A stretch of DNA of 64,000 nucleotides from an uncultured delta proteobacterium (GTDB lineage Bacteria > Myxococcota_A > Polyangia > Polyangiales > Polyangiaceae): the NCBI GenBank assembly GCA_963696385.1, contig CAVOKF010000006.1:192001-256000 (forward strand). Direction: 5' to 3'. A program made the translations under genes and the position numbers. Under the pieces are notes generated by a model. It saw nothing but the letters and a program-made list of their open reading frames with translations. It did no database searches and was not told where the DNA came from. Shown here piece after piece: positions 33,414-44,699 of the stretch. How positions within the stretch are numbered: the first letter of the stretch is position 1; each line of letters opens with the position of its first letter.

Positions 33414-34040
33414 ATGCGGAAGACGACGCCACTGCGCCTGACATTTGCCCAACGGCGCAAGCTAGTACCCCGATTCCATGAAACGGAGGGGTGAGACCAC
33501 CCGATCCCGTCGGGAATATCGCGGAAAACGACCCTTCCATTCCGCGGAATCGAGGTACTAGAAAGCATCGTAAGTCGTCCGAGTGCTCCAGCGGGACACG
33601 TGCGGCGCGCCAGGGTCGTTCTTTTGAGCGGGGACGGTGTTGCTGGTACCGAGATCGCCCGCCGCGCGGGCTTGTCGCCGGAGCAGGTATCGCGGATTCG
33701 CGCTCGCTTCGTACGGGGCGGTGTGGACGGACTGGCCGACCGCGCGAAAGCTGGCCGCAAGGATCACGCTGTTCCGAGCGACGTTATCGAGCGGGTCGTC
33801 CAACTGGCGCTGTCTCCGCCGCCGGCCGGGCGCAGCCGGTGGACAAGTCGGCTGCTGGGGCGAGAGGTCGGGCGACCGGGAGCCACGGTGGCCAGGATTC
33901 TGCGCAACAACGGCCTCAAGCCTCACCTGGTTAGGAAGTACAAGGTGAGCCGCGACCCCGAGTTCGCCGCGAAAGTGCAGGACGTCGTGGGGGTCTACCT
34001 GAACCCGCCGGAGAACGTCGTGCCGAGCATCGACGAAAAG
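33414..34040 (+). mobile_element. IS630-family transposase, MITE-interrupted and truncated
   Basis: MRKTTPLRLT..KL[MITE]ESIV..RRARVVLL..GLADR..GR..RWTSR..KVSRDPEF..YLNPP..IDEK. Confidence 0.85.
33462..33561 (+). mobile_element. 100-bp MITE, copy 1 (CTAG-bounded)
   Basis: Terminal inverted repeats CTAGTACC(C/T)CGATTCC; identical reverse copy at 50830-50929. Confidence 0.9.
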
Positions 34041-34269
34041 ACCTATACGGTCCCTAGCATGTACATGGAATGGACCTGGTCAAGTACATCAGCCATCACC
34101 CGCCGCACCTTCGATTGTTGGGCCGGACGCTCGGGCTGCAGGAGAACGTCGGCGAGATTCGCGACAAAGCTTTCGATTTCCTTCGTCGCGGCTCCTACCC
34201 CCGCGGCCAGAAACCGGGAAGGTTCCCCGGGAGCGAGGGCGCTTTTCGCGTCCCTTACTGCAGTACACG

Positions 34270-35013
34270 TCAAGCGGTGGATGTGAAGGCTCCATCGATT
34301 CGCGCAGGCTCGGGGAAGCCAAGAGCCTTGCCCGCAACGAGCAGACCAAGTCCGAAGACGATTGGCGCGATCGTGAACGCGTTGGTTTCGGATGGTTCGT
34401 CCTCAATGCCCACGCGCGAAATGTCGGGCGCCGGCCCTTTACCGATGACTCCGTCGAGCGATGCAGGCATCGCGTGCACGAAAGCGCTGAACTGCCGGTA
34501 GATCACGACGTACATCGATCGTAAGCCGCGCGCCGAGAACGCTGCAATGCCGGCTGCAGCCCAGTGAAGGTCCGCGGCCTTCGCCATTTCCGGCAAGCCA
34601 GGCCATGGCCGTGTGGAGTCTCGTTCGGTCTCGTAGCGCTCGGTTATCTGCGGATCCAACACTTCCCCGAGCGCCCTCAACTCATTGCCGGTTTTCAGGC
34701 GCTCCACGCGATCCATACGCACCCATTGGCTCGCGTGGTTAGCCGGGTCGACCGCGATCCAGCAAAACAAGGCGATGTGCTCGTAGAGAACGCGGAGCAG
34801 GACGCCGGCCGCGACCTCGTGCTCGTCGGGGAGCCTAAGAGTGGCGTCGAGCAGCCTTCCGGATCGCGCAATGAACGCTGGACCAGCAACGGACCAATCG
34901 GTATGCGCCCCAGAAGTCCGGACTTCCCGCGGGAGGTGATCCTTCAGAATGCGCAGAAGCGCGGCTCCTCGTCGGCGAGCAAGCTGGATCCGGTCACGAA
35001 CTTCAGGTGTCAT
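34270..35013 (-). CDS. DUF5677-like (HEPN-related) protein
   Basis: AGVLLRVLYE and IYRQFSAFVH motifs. Confidence 0.6.
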   Translation of the reverse strand: MTPEVRDRIQLARRRGAALLRILKDHLPREVRTSGAHTDWSVAGPAFIARSGRLLDATLRLPDEHEVAAGVLLRVLYEHIALFCWIAVDPANHASQWVRMDRVERLKTGNELRALGEVLDPQITERYETERDSTRPWPGLPEMAKAADLHWAAAGIAAFSARGLRSMYVVIYRQFSAFVHAMPASLDGVIGKGPAPDISRVGIEDEPSETNAFTIAPIVFGLGLLVAGKALGFPEPARIDGAFTSTA

Positions 35014-35119
35014 AGGGATAGATCTACTCGCAAAGCAGCCACGTCGACCGGGCCCATTACGTCCCGCGCATCGCCCGGAGCGCCCGTGCGAGAGCCGCCT
35101 CCGCGACGAGCGCGCATAT

Positions 35120-35190
35120 CCGCCACTGCGCGGCATCGTGTAGGCGTGGAGCTTCTCCGCGATGTGGGTGTCCACCGGGTAGAGGGTATC
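35120..35190 (-). pseudogene. short fragment resembling an AbiEii nucleotidyltransferase toxin
   Basis: YPVDTHIAEKLHAYTMPRS. Confidence 0.5.
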
Positions 35191-35255
35191 CCATCCCCGA
35201 CTGACGTGGTTTCGAGCCCGGCCAGGGTCGTGTACGCGCGATACCGGAGGTCGCG

Positions 35256-35449
35256 ATGGACCGACGGCTGCGAAGTGGCGGGCAACAGTGGACGGAGCGG
35301 GAGGCGCGGGACGCTTTGGCGGAGCTGCAGGACCGCGGCGAGAGCGTGGCGGCCTTCGCGCAGCGACGGGGGATGTCCGTGCAGCGGGTTTACTACTGGC
35401 GAAGGCGCCTGAGGGAGACGGCTGCGCCGGCGTTCGTGGCGATGCCGCT
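35256..35449 (+). mobile_element. IS66 TnpA-like remnant
   Basis: GESVAAFAQRRGMSVQRVYYWRRRL..AFV. Confidence 0.7.
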
Positions 35450-35757
35450 GACGCGTATGCGGAACCGACCCCGATGGCCGATGGCTCGACATCGAGATCC
35501 CGCCCTTCTGCCCGGCAACGACGACGAGTCGGCGAGCCTCGCAGCCTTCAAAGAGGCGGTCATCGATCGCCTGTTCACCCTCAACGTGAAACGTGCCGGC
35601 GAGGAGCAGCGGACGGAAGCCGGTGCCTCGCGCCGCCGGAGCCACGCGCCTGGGACATCCGCGAGCGAGGAAGGCCGTCACGCGACAAAACGGCCGAGAC
35701 GGCGAGCCCACCGCGACGGGGGATCAGCTCAAGCTGGGCGGCGACGAAGAGAGCTAA
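35450..35757 (+). pseudogene. relic C-terminal tail of a second DrmMI-like methyltransferase
   Basis: GRWLDIEIPPFCP..LAAFKEAVIDRLFTLN..DQLKLGGDEES* parallels the 43030-43336 tail. Confidence 0.85.
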
Positions 35758-35803
35758 CGAACGCGCGCCAAACGCGGTCGCGTCTCGCGTACGCTTTGCG
35801 ACC

Positions 35804-38800
35804 GTGAGCCCGTCCTCGCGAACGATTCTCGCCGGACTTCCGAAGCCCAGGTTGCTCGAGCTTGGGCGCGCGTTCGCGGTGGTCGTGCCGCCGAATGCGA
35901 ATCGGGAGGAGCAGGTCGACGCGTTGGTGCGCTCGGGAACCATCCGCTTTCGCGAGCTCCTCGGTGCGCTTGGGCGCGACGAACTCAAGGCCGCCTGTCG
36001 CGCCCACGAGCTCGACGACTCGGGTCGGGCCCGGCCTCTTCTGGCGGCGCGCTTGCTTCAGGCGCATGGCGCGGCCGAAAGCGCTCCGCCCAAGCCGCTC
36101 TTCGCGGCGCATGCCATTCCTCGGTACGCGCCGCGGCCGGGCGACATCGCTCGCGTGCGTCACCGGCAATGGCTCGTCGACGAGGTCGTGGCGCCGCCGG
36201 CCGAGGGCGACGGGACGCTCGTGAAGCTCGTTTGCCTCGATGACGACAACCAGGGGCGCAGTCTCGAGGTGGTCTGGGAGCTCGAGCTCGGGGCCAAAGT
36301 CCTTCAGCCCGAAGCGCACGGCCTGGGCGAGATCGATCGGATGGATCCGCCACGCCACTTTGCGGCGTACCTGCATGCGCTCAAGTGGAGCAGCGTCACG
36401 GCGACCGACGCCAAGCTGTTCCAGTCGCCGTTCCGCGCCGGGATCAAGCTGATGGCGCATCAGCTCACGCCCCTGCGCAAAGCCCTCTCGCTCCCGCGGG
36501 CGAACGTGTTCATCGCCGACGATGTCGGCCTGGGGAAAACGATCGAGGCGGGGCTCATCGCACAGGAGCTTCTTCTTCGGCAGCGGATCGAGTTCATCTT
36601 GATCGTGTGCCCGGCCTCGGTTTGCCTCCAGTGGCGAGACGAGATGCAAAAGCGCTTCGGGCTTCATTTCGAAGTGATGAACCGCGCGTTCATCGGCCGC
36701 CGCCGGCAGGAGCGAGGCTTCGGCGTCAATCCGTGGGGCACGCACACGCGATTCATCGTGTCGCACCCAATTCTCCGGCGTCCCGAGTACCGTGATCCAC
36801 TGTTGCAGCACCTCGGCGACCGAGCTGCGAAGAGCCTTCTCATCCTCGATGAGGCGCACGTGGCGGCTCCGGCCGGTGCGAACCGGTACGCGATCGACTC
36901 CAAGATTACCGACGTCATCCGCGACATCGGCCCTCGGTTCGAGAACCGCCTGTTTCTGAGTGCCACCCCGCACAATGGACACTCGAACAGCTTTTCGGCG
37001 CTGCTCGAGCTGCTCGACCCACAGCGCTTCACGCGCGGCGTCCCTGTGCGGGGACGGCAGCAACTGGACGCCGTGATGGTCCGCCGGCTCAAAGAAGATC
37101 TCCGCCTCCTGGGCGTCGAGCAGTTCCCCCGCCGAACGCTCGTCGAGCTCCTGGTCGGAACGAAAGAGACCCCGGAGCTTTTGCTGGCTGAACAGCTTGC
37201 CGCGTACACCGCGCTCGCGAGACCGGAGCGCGGTCAGGGCGCGCTCGTCTTCATCAATCTGCAAAAGCGGCTTCTCTCGAGCGTCGAGGCGTTTTACCGA
37301 ACGCTCCAGGCCCATCACCGGGCTGTGCTCGAAGGGCGTGCGAAAGTCACCGTCCCGCTCCCGCTCACCGCGGACGACGACGAGTATGGCGTGGACGACG
37401 ACTCCCTCGACGAAGCCGACGAAGCTCAGGTCGAGGCCGATTCTCGGCTGATCGTCCCGCCCGAAGACGCCAAGACCTTGCTCGAAGCGATGCTTCGCAG
37501 GGCCCAAGAGCGTCGAGGCGCCGCGGACGCCAAGGTCGAAGCGCTCGTCGCGTGGATGCGCCAACACCAGTGCCCCGCGGTGGCCGTCGGGGGCGTGGCG
37601 GCCCGATCGGCGAGGACCGCTCGAGCCTGGACCGACCGGCGCGTGCTCATCTTCACCGAGTACGGGGACACCAAACGGTATCTCCGCACCGTCCTAAACA
37701 CCGCCATCGACGGGACCGAAGGCGCGGAATCCCGCATTTTGGAGCTGCACGGCGGGATGTCCGACGAGCAGCGCGAAGAGGTGCAACGTGCGTTCAACTC
37801 GCCGCCCGACAAGCACCCCGTTCGCATTCTGATCGCGACCGACGCGGCGCGCGAAGGCGTGAACCTGCAGGGCCATTGCGCGGACCTTTTCCACTTCGAC
37901 GTGCCCTGGAACCCCGCCCGAATCGAGCAGCGCAACGGGCGCATCGATCGGACCCTGCAGCCCGAACCGGAAGTCCGGTGCCACTATTTCATCTACCCCG
38001 ATCGCGCCGAGGACATCGTCCTCCGGAAGCTTGTCGAGAAGGTCGATGTGATTCAGCGCGAGCTCGGATCGATCAGCTCGGTCCTCTTGGATCGGCTCGG
38101 CGAGGTCATGGACCGGGGCATCGACGCGAAGACCCCGGAGCGGCTCGAAGCGGCGGAGGAGGCCGGCGCCCTCAAAAGGACGGCACGCGAGGAGCTCGAG
38201 TCGGAGCGCGGCGAGTTGGCGCGCGTGCGGGACGACATCGAAGAAGCGGGCCAGATCCTCAACCGTTCCGCCCGCGTGATGAACTTCGACCCCGCGTTGC
38301 TTCGGGATGCCCTCGACGTCGGCCTCGAACTCGCCGGCGCCGCGAAGCTCAAACGCGCCGAGCAGGACGGGGAAGACGCATGGCACGTTCCGGACCTGCT
38401 GGAATCTTGGCAACCGACGCTCGACACGCTGCGGCCGCCGCGCGGTCGAGGCGAATACCTTTGGGAATTTCGCAAGAAGGCCCCGCTTCCGCTCGTCTTC
38501 CGGCCACCGCCGAAGATGAACAGCGAACTCGCCCACGTGCACTTGCAACACCCGTTCGTGCAACGGGTCCTCGGGCGCTTCTTGTCGCAAGGGTTCAGCG
38601 CCCATGATCTCAGCCGCGTCACGGTCGTGCGCACGCGTCACGACGCGCTCGCCCGCGTGATCGCCTTCGGGCGCCTCTCGCTCTTCGGGCGCGGCGCGAC
38701 GCGGCTCCACGACCAGATCATCTCGGTTGCCGCGCGATGGATCGAAGGCCACGATCGCGAGCTCCGGCCGTTCGCCGAAGACGCGGACCGCAAGGCCATC

Positions 38801-39256
38801 GAAATGCTCGAACAAGTGCTGGCCGAGTCTCCGTCGCTCGAAGGCGTCTCCGCCACAGTGCAACAAAAGCTGATCGCGGCCGCGCCGAACGTCTTCGCGA
38901 CGCTCTGGAAGCCCATTCGCGACGAAGCCGACGCGATCGCTCACGAGGCCGAGCGGATGCTTACCGCCCGCGGACAAGAAGAGTCCGACGCGCTCCGGGC
39001 CATCCTCGCGGCCCAGCGCGCGTCCATCCACGCCGAAATGGAGCGGCGCGCGCAGCTCTCGTTCGATGAACTCAACCTCGACAAGCGCGAGGAAGACCAG
39101 TTCAAGAAGGAGCGGGCGTTCATGGGGGACCGCCTCATTGCGATCGAGCGCGAGATCGAGCGCGAGCCCAACCAGATCCAGGCGATCTACGATGTGGCCT
39201 TGCGCCGCCTCGAGCCGGTCGGCCTCGTATTCCTTTGGCCGGAAACGCGGGGATGA
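35804..39256 (+). CDS. drmD: DISARM-type SNF2-like helicase DrmD
   Basis: ADDVGLGKT, DEAH, SATPHNGH, ATDAAREGVNLQ, WNPARIEQRNGRIDR; RVRHRQWLV..DDNQG N-region; GTG start assumed. Confidence 0.88.
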   Translation: MSPSSRTILAGLPKPRLLELGRAFAVVVPPNANREEQVDALVRSGTIRFRELLGALGRDELKAACRAHELDDSGRARPLLAARLLQAHGAAESAPPKPLFAAHAIPRYAPRPGDIARVRHRQWLVDEVVAPPAEGDGTLVKLVCLDDDNQGRSLEVVWELELGAKVLQPEAHGLGEIDRMDPPRHFAAYLHALKWSSVTATDAKLFQSPFRAGIKLMAHQLTPLRKALSLPRANVFIADDVGLGKTIEAGLIAQELLLRQRIEFILIVCPASVCLQWRDEMQKRFGLHFEVMNRAFIGRRRQERGFGVNPWGTHTRFIVSHPILRRPEYRDPLLQHLGDRAAKSLLILDEAHVAAPAGANRYAIDSKITDVIRDIGPRFENRLFLSATPHNGHSNSFSALLELLDPQRFTRGVPVRGRQQLDAVMVRRLKEDLRLLGVEQFPRRTLVELLVGTKETPELLLAEQLAAYTALARPERGQGALVFINLQKRLLSSVEAFYRTLQAHHRAVLEGRAKVTVPLPLTADDDEYGVDDDSLDEADEAQVEADSRLIVPPEDAKTLLEAMLRRAQERRGAADAKVEALVAWMRQHQCPAVAVGGVAARSARTARAWTDRRVLIFTEYGDTKRYLRTVLNTAIDGTEGAESRILELHGGMSDEQREEVQRAFNSPPDKHPVRILIATDAAREGVNLQGHCADLFHFDVPWNPARIEQRNGRIDRTLQPEPEVRCHYFIYPDRAEDIVLRKLVEKVDVIQRELGSISSVLLDRLGEVMDRGIDAKTPERLEAAEEAGALKRTAREELESERGELARVRDDIEEAGQILNRSARVMNFDPALLRDALDVGLELAGAAKLKRAEQDGEDAWHVPDLLESWQPTLDTLRPPRGRGEYLWEFRKKAPLPLVFRPPPKMNSELAHVHLQHPFVQRVLGRFLSQGFSAHDLSRVTVVRTRHDALARVIAFGRLSLFGRGATRLHDQIISVAARWIEGHDRELRPFAEDADRKAIEMLEQVLAESPSLEGVSATVQQKLIAAAPNVFATLWKPIRDEADAIAHEAERMLTARGQEESDALRAILAAQRASIHAEMERRAQLSFDELNLDKREEDQFKKERAFMGDRLIAIEREIEREPNQIQAIYDVALRRLEPVGLVFLWPETRG

Positions 39257-42200
39257 GCGACGTCGATCGACGCTTTCACGAGACCTGGCTTGGGATGGTG
39301 CAGCCCATCGACGGGCTCGTCGTCTCGATTCCGGTCCTCGTCGACGCGCAATGCGCCGAGCGACAGCCGCCGCACGTCCAGGCTCAACTCGTCGACCTCT
39401 GTCCGCCCACGCGCCAGGGCGAGAGCGGGCCCGAGGGTTACGCGATCGCGAACGTAGCTACGTTTCTCTCGACGCTTCTCGGCTACGCCGCCGACGCGTT
39501 CAACGCCGGCGACGCGCTCCCGGAAGCGCTCTCGCTCTACGTACCCGAGGGGCGGCAGACGTTGCGAGCGACGCTCGGCCTCAAGAAAGCCGTTGCACCC
39601 GCCCAAGCAGAAACCAGCGACGCGACGCCGGCCAGCCTCGCGGGAGCCGCCTACGCGATGCTCGTTTGGGAGATCCCCGCCAGCCTGGACCTCGACAAGC
39701 CCGAGACTGTGACCGGCTCGTGGGACTACCCGCCAGCGGCCAAGTTTGATCGCCTGCTTCGGCATGTCCGCGTTCCGATTGGCCTTTTGACGAACCGCGA
39801 TGCGGTGCGACTCGTCTACGCGCCCCACGGCGAATCGTCGGGCGCGATCACGTTTCGCGTCGACGACATGGCGAGCGTCGGGGGCCGACCGATTCTCGAC
39901 GCGTTCGTGATGCTGCTCGCCGCGAACCGCTTCTTCGGCGTGGCCGAAGAGCGAACGCTACCGGCCTTGCTCGCCGAAAGCCGCAAGCGTCAGGCGAACG
40001 TCACGAACGATCTGGCCGATCAAGTCTTCGAAGCTCTGCAGATCCTGCTGCGCGGCTTCGAGGCGGCCGCCGAGCGGGACGGCCGCGACCTGCTCGACGA
40101 CGCGCTCGCGCGCGAGGGCGACCACCTCTACCGCGGACTTCTCACCGTCCTTCTGCGTCTCGTGTTTGTCCTTTACGCGGAGGATCGGGGGCTTCTGCCG
40201 GTCGAGCACCCGATTTACGCCGAGCATCTGTCGGTCGTGAGTCTGTTCGAGCAGCTGCTCACCGACCGTGGCGCGTATCCCGACTCCATGTCGCGTCGCT
40301 TCGGAGCGTGGGGCCGCCTCGTCGCGCTCTTTCGCGCCGTGTTCCTGGGCGTGTCGCACGGGGATCTCCGCATGCCGCCGCGGCGTGGGTCGCTCTTCAA
40401 TCCCCACGAGTACCCGTTTCTCGAGGGCTGGGGGCCGGCTGGAAGTGCCCCGATCACGCAGGCCGAGGACCGCGCCGCCGTGAACATCCCGAGCGTCGAC
40501 GACGAAACGGTGTTTCACGTGCTCGAGAAGCTCCTCGTCTTCGAGGGGCAGCGCTTGTCGTACCGGGCGCTCGATGTGGAACAGATCGGCAGCATTTACG
40601 AGGCGCTGATGGGTTTTCATGTCCAGCGGATTCGGTCCGCAGCGGCATGCCTGAAGCCACAGCACCTGTGGGTAACGGCCGACGAAGTGAAGGAGGTCGA
40701 ATCGACGGGACGCGCGAAGTGGCTCCGGGAGACGGTCGGCCTCAACGCGGCGCAGAGTACGAAACTGGCCACGGAGCTCGAGAGCGTGACGGACACCGAA
40801 GGCGTGCTCGAAGTGCTCCGCCCGTGCGCGGCGGCGGGCAAGCAGGCCGATCCCTCGCTCTGCCGGGCACGATCTGGCCAACTTGTGCTTCAACCAGGTA
40901 GCGAGCGCCGACGCACGAGCTCGCACTATACGCCGCGGAGCCTCTCCGAACCCATCGTACGGCGGACCCTCGAGCCACTGCTTGTGGTGTTGGGCGACGC
41001 GCCCGCGTCCGAGCGGATTCTTGAGTCTCAACGTGTGCGACCCAGCGATGGGCTCGGGCGCATTTCTCGTCGAAGCTTGCCGCTTTTTGGGTGATCGCGT
41101 GCTCGCCGCATGGACGCGGGAGGACAAAGTCGAGGCGATCGCGGCGGCGCATGGCGACCTGCTTCTTCATGCACGCCGGCTCGTGGCGCAGCGTTGTCTT
41201 TACGGCGTCGACAAGAACGAAGCGGCCGTCGAGCTCGCAAAGCTGTCGCTCTGGCTTGTGACCCTGTCGAAAACGCTCCCGTTCACGTTTCTCGATCACT
41301 GTCTGAGACACGGAGATTCGCTCGTGGGCCTCGACCTCGAGCAGATCCGGACCTTTCACTGGACGCCCCCGGCGAAGGATCCGTCGAATCAGCTCCAGCT
41401 CTTCGGCCGTGAGATTGCGGTGGCGCTCGATGAGGCCATTCTGATCCGCCAGAAGATCGGAAGTCTGGGCGATTTGCCGATCGACGATCGCGAGAAGGCA
41501 CGACTGCTCTGGGACGCGCAGGACGCCCTCGACCGAGTGCGACTGATCGCCGACGTCATCGTCGGCGCGTTCTTTGCCCACGACAGGATCACGCCCCGCG
41601 AGGCGGAACGCGTGAAGAGAGAGGAGATCGTGAGAACCTGGCTCGCGGTAGGGGGCCCACCCACGGAGGAGCTTCTCGCGATGCAGCGCGAGATCCGAGA
41701 GCGCCTGCCGGTATTTCACTGGATGGTGGAGTTTCCGGAAGTTTTTCATGCCGGCAGACGGGCTCCCCTGGAAGAAAAGCAGGACCATCGACCCGCGCAT
41801 ATGGACGCCTTCGTCGGCAACCCGCCGTTTTTGGGCGGGAAGCGCACGTCAACCGAGCTCGGCAATCGGTACGCCGATTGGCTCAGCGCCATCTGGCGAA
41901 CTTCGAAAAATGCGGACCTGGTGAGTCGCTTCTTCTTGCGAGCGAACGACCTTCTCGGCGCGCATGGAACGATGGGGTTCATCGCGACGCACGCCATCGG
42001 GCAGGGAGAGACACGCCGTGACGGGTTGCAGCGACTGGTCGCTGCGGGACTTCAAATCTACGACGCGACTCGTTCGGTCCCATGGCCCGGGGAGGCCAAC
42101 GTCCAGGTCGCCACCGTCCACCTCGCGAAGGGAAATGCCCGGAGTGGGTGTACCCCGTTGCGGCTCGATGGCCAGGCCGTCGAGGCCGTCGACAGTCACC

Positions 42201-43336
42201 TTCGGGAGGGCACGGAGCGACACGACGCGCGGCCTCTCGGAAGCAACGGTCATCTGGCGTTCGTCGGAAATTTTCTTCGTGGTGAGGGCTTTGTTCTTTC
42301 GTCCGAGCGCGCACTCGAAATCCTTGAAGCAGCACCCCACGAGCGACGCGTCGTCCTCCCCTTCCTCGGCGGCGAGGAGGTGAATACGGACCCGGGTCAG
42401 TCGTTTCATCGCTACGTCGTGGACTTCACCGGCATGTCGGCCGAGCAGGCCGAGCGCGATTACCCGATGTCCTTCCGCCACATCCTGGAACATGTGAAGC
42501 CGTATCGGGAATCTCTTCAGGACCACGGTCAAGACAAGACGCACAAGTGGCGCTGGTGGCAGTTCGCAAACTCGCGTGAGGACATGCGCAAGGCCCTGAC
42601 CCCCCTCGAGCGGTGCATGGTCGCTGCACGCGTGACGACCCACCTCGCCGTTTCATTTCAGCCCGCGGGCCGGGTGTTCTCCGACCAGCTCGCGGTCTTC
42701 GCCTTTTCCCGGCTCACGGATCTGGCCATTCTGCAATCCAGAGTTCACGAAGTGTGGGCCCGCTCCTTGTCGTCGTCTCTCGGTGTCGCGCTGCGTTATT
42801 CGGTCTCCGATTGCTTCGAGACCTTCCCCTTCCCTAAGCCCGATCCGCGCACCATCATTCCTGCACTCGAAGACATCGGCCAGCGCTTGTATGACTTCCG
42901 CGCCAAGTACATGATCGACGAGAACGTCGGCCTAACGATCGCGTACAACCGACTCAAGGATCCCGCGTGCACCGACGCGCGCATTATCGAACTGCGGGCT
43001 CTTCACGAGGAAATGGACCGCAAAGTTCTCGAAGCGTATGCCGAAAGCGATCCGGAGGGCCGGTGGTTCGACGTGGAAGTTCCGCCTTTCTGCCCGATGA
43101 ACGACGGCGACAAGGCCAAGCTCGCTGCGTTCGAGGACGCCGTGATTGATCGCCTCTTCGTGCTCAACGCGAAGCGCGCCGAAGAGGAGAATCTGCGAGG
43201 GCTCGGCGCGACCGGCGGAAAGAAGAAAGGGCCCGCGAAGAAGGGCGCGAGTCGCGAGAACGGCGAGAAGAAACCGCGGCGGGCGAAGAAAGCCGAGAAG
43301 GACCAACTCAAACTGGGAGCGGACGAGGAACCCTAG
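39253..43336 (+). CDS. drmMI: DrmMI/Eco57I-like N6-adenine DNA methyltransferase with TRD, frameshift near 41020
   Basis: LDVEQIGSIYE, SHYTP, CDPAMGSGAFL, YGVDKN and GNPPF motifs; ATGA overlap with drmD. Confidence 0.82.
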
Positions 43337-43886
43337 GGTTTCTCGGGGGACGGCGCGGCCTTCGCCCGTTCAGCACGTACAAGGCTCAAACGCTGCGGGC
43401 GTGCGGAATGGCAAGCTCGTCCACCAAGGCAACGGCCGCGTCGCGGACCTCCGCTTCCCCGTCGTTCAGCGCGACGCGTATGCAGTTCGTGGAACCGCCA
43501 GGGTCCAATCCGGCGATGGCCCGAAGCAGACACGCTCGAACGGCTGTAGCCCGGGTCCCAATACGAGGCTCCGCATTCGGTGCGCGGCTGCCGGGTCTAG
43601 TCCCCGAAGCCGAGCTCGGCCTCGTCGAGGATGTCAGTCCGGGGGTGTTTCTGAATCAACTCTGCGATCGCATCGACCAACGCAGACTCACCAAAACCTG
43701 CCAGGGCTTGCCGAAGCCGCGCGCGATTCTCGGGTATCCACGCCCGACTGTTCGCCCCAAGAAATCGCGTGAGGTCCCGCAGGAGCGCGGGCGTGCCTTC
43801 ACCCGCTTCGAGAATTTGTTCGGCGTGGGCGGGTACTGGTCGTTTTGAAATGACGCGCTCTGCCGTTTGGCCCCTACGCGCGCGTC

Positions 43887-44218
43887 ATGACGATCTTGGC
43901 CGCGCCGAAGCCCTGGCGTTGTCCCGTCGAAGTTCGCGCCCGTCTCGCTCCCGGCCTTACGGACGACGAGACCGTGGCGGTGCGGCGGGCGCTCGTCTTC
44001 TTGCGGACGGTTCTCGGCGGAGCCGAGAAGCTAGCGGCCGCTCTCAAGGTGAGGACCAAGCTCGTCGAGAAGTACGGCGCGACCAGGGCCGCCCGAGTGC
44101 GGGCATAGCGATCCGGGTCGCGAAGGCCGGGGGCGTCAGCGTCGAGGACGTCTTGACCGGGGCTTGGCCCCCGGAGGGGGCGTGTCCGCATTGCGGGCGC
44201 ACCCGAAGCGATCGCTGA
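43887..44218 (+). pseudogene. XRE/HTH-like regulator with CPHCG tail, frameshifted
   Basis: VRRALVFLR..LAAALKV / IRVAKAGGVSVEDVLTG..CPHCG. Confidence 0.5.
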
Positions 44219-44252
44219 TTGCTCACTCACCAGTCGCGCGGTACGATACAGC

Positions 44253-44699
44253 GTGCTTGCGCGTGGTCCGTACCTGATCGCTGCAGTAATTTGCGAGCGC
44301 GTTCTTCAGGAGCGGGACGGTGTTCCGAGCATCATCCGCATCGTTGATCGCATTACCTTCCACGGCCCTCCGGAACAAAGGGACGCGATCGTTACCGGGC
44401 TGCACTTATTCCTCGCTTTTCGAGGGAGCAGGGCGGGCGCGGTTCACTCCGTCCGAATCGCGCCGATCAATGCCGACGGTGTTGAGCTATCCCACGACAG
44501 GGAGCCCATCTCGGTCAAGGTTGCGGAGGGTCTAGACGGGGCGAACCTCGCGTTCGTGCTGGCATCGCCATTCCCGGGCCCCGGTCAGTACTTCTTCGAA
44601 GTGTCGATCGATGGCGAACTGCTGACCCGGATCCCCCTGGCTATCGCTATAGGCGAGCTTCCCGAGAGCCTTCGACCCACCCCGACCGAGTCCCAGTAG
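44253..44699 (+). CDS. DUF6941-like protein
   Basis: AAVICERVLQERDGVPSIIRIVDRI..FPGPGQYFFEVSIDGELLTRIPL. Confidence 0.65.
   Translation: MLARGPYLIAAVICERVLQERDGVPSIIRIVDRITFHGPPEQRDAIVTGLHLFLAFRGSRAGAVHSVRIAPINADGVELSHDREPISVKVAEGLDGANLAFVLASPFPGPGQYFFEVSIDGELLTRIPLAIAIGELPESLRPTPTESQ

Noticed and set aside
35288..35803. 1322-aa ORF start for DrmD at 35288
   Set aside because: The extension is off-frame read-through of IS66 tnpA and MTase-tail remnants; GTG 35804 is more plausible
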